Assembly: GCF_009914755.1 (NCBI RefSeq)
Contig: NC_060940.1
Reading direction: 5' to 3' (one strand)
Length of the DNA stretch: 64,000 nucleotides
From: the human T2T-CHM13v2.0 reference genome, Homo sapiens
A program made the translations under genes and the position numbers. The notes beneath the pieces are model-generated. The model searched no databases. It had not been told where the DNA came from and saw only the letters and a program-made list of their open reading frames with translations. Shown piece by piece: positions 63,491-64,000 of the stretch (its first letter is position 1; every line of letters starts with the position of its first letter).

Positions 63491-64000
63491 AATCATTGAC
63501 CATGTGCATAAATGAACGTGCATCATAGCACCTGATGGCACACCCATTGTCATCATCATCAATGTCAAGAAGCATTTATTAAGCAGTACCACAGTGTTGC
63601 ACAACCCCAGGGGGCTCTGTCTGCATAGCACAGGACCAGGCCCTACGGAAAACAGATGGAAGCCAAGAAGGACCTGATCAAATATAAATTTGTCATCAAA
63701 GTTGCTCCTGGATAATATGTCAGTGGATTCCCTTATATTTGAAATCATTTTATAATAAGGATCTCTAGGTAGTTCAGTGAATAAACACCTCTGGATTCCC
63801 CACAGAGCCACCTTAAACAGAATGCAAACACTGCTCTCCAGTAAACAGCATTAGAGGCAAAGGGCTCACTAGCCTTTCCTTTGGAAGATTTCATAATCAC
63901 AGCAAGAGACTTTCTGCCCAGAAACAAGTACATATACAAAGTAATTCTTTTATTAAATTGGGATTAAATGCTATCTAAAACTAATTTAGAGAGAGAGTTC

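Noticed and set aside
63482-63939. 109-aa and 64-aa minus-strand ORFs near the window end
   Set aside because: No recognisable homology and partly over L2-like sequence; cannot be supported as exons.

Overview
Repeat-dense primate (human-like) DNA with about 30 Alus (J, S, Y), L1PA/L1M, L2/MIR, MaLR/ERVL and ERV1 LTRs. I find no intact protein-coding gene, RNA gene or CRISPR-type system; nearly all ORF-track entries are repeat-derived. Main structures: (1) a complete degenerate ERV1 (MER4-group) provirus at 3025-18214, with paired LTRs, CTCT target-site duplication (TSD), a tRNA-Ile primer-binding site (PBS) and env remnants. It hosts a full-length but inactivated antisense L1PA4/5-like element (5100-11229) and an unusual internal polypurine tract (PPT) plus MER4-type U3. 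(2) An ancient, heavily decayed processed pseudogene of CTAGE5/MIA2 on the minus strand (~28200-30495), apparently copied from an exon-skipped isoform. (3) An old ~1-kb inverted duplication of sequence I cannot assign to a repeat family (31852-33607 vs 35993-36990). (4) An L1 with both ends and TSD but a large internal deletion patched by tandem filler DNA (46387-51495). (5) A hairpin-rich AT minisatellite and a strong CTCF-like motif near the right end. Subfamily names and protein matches come from recalled consensus sequences, not database searches. I do not see support for a novel multi-gene biological system.
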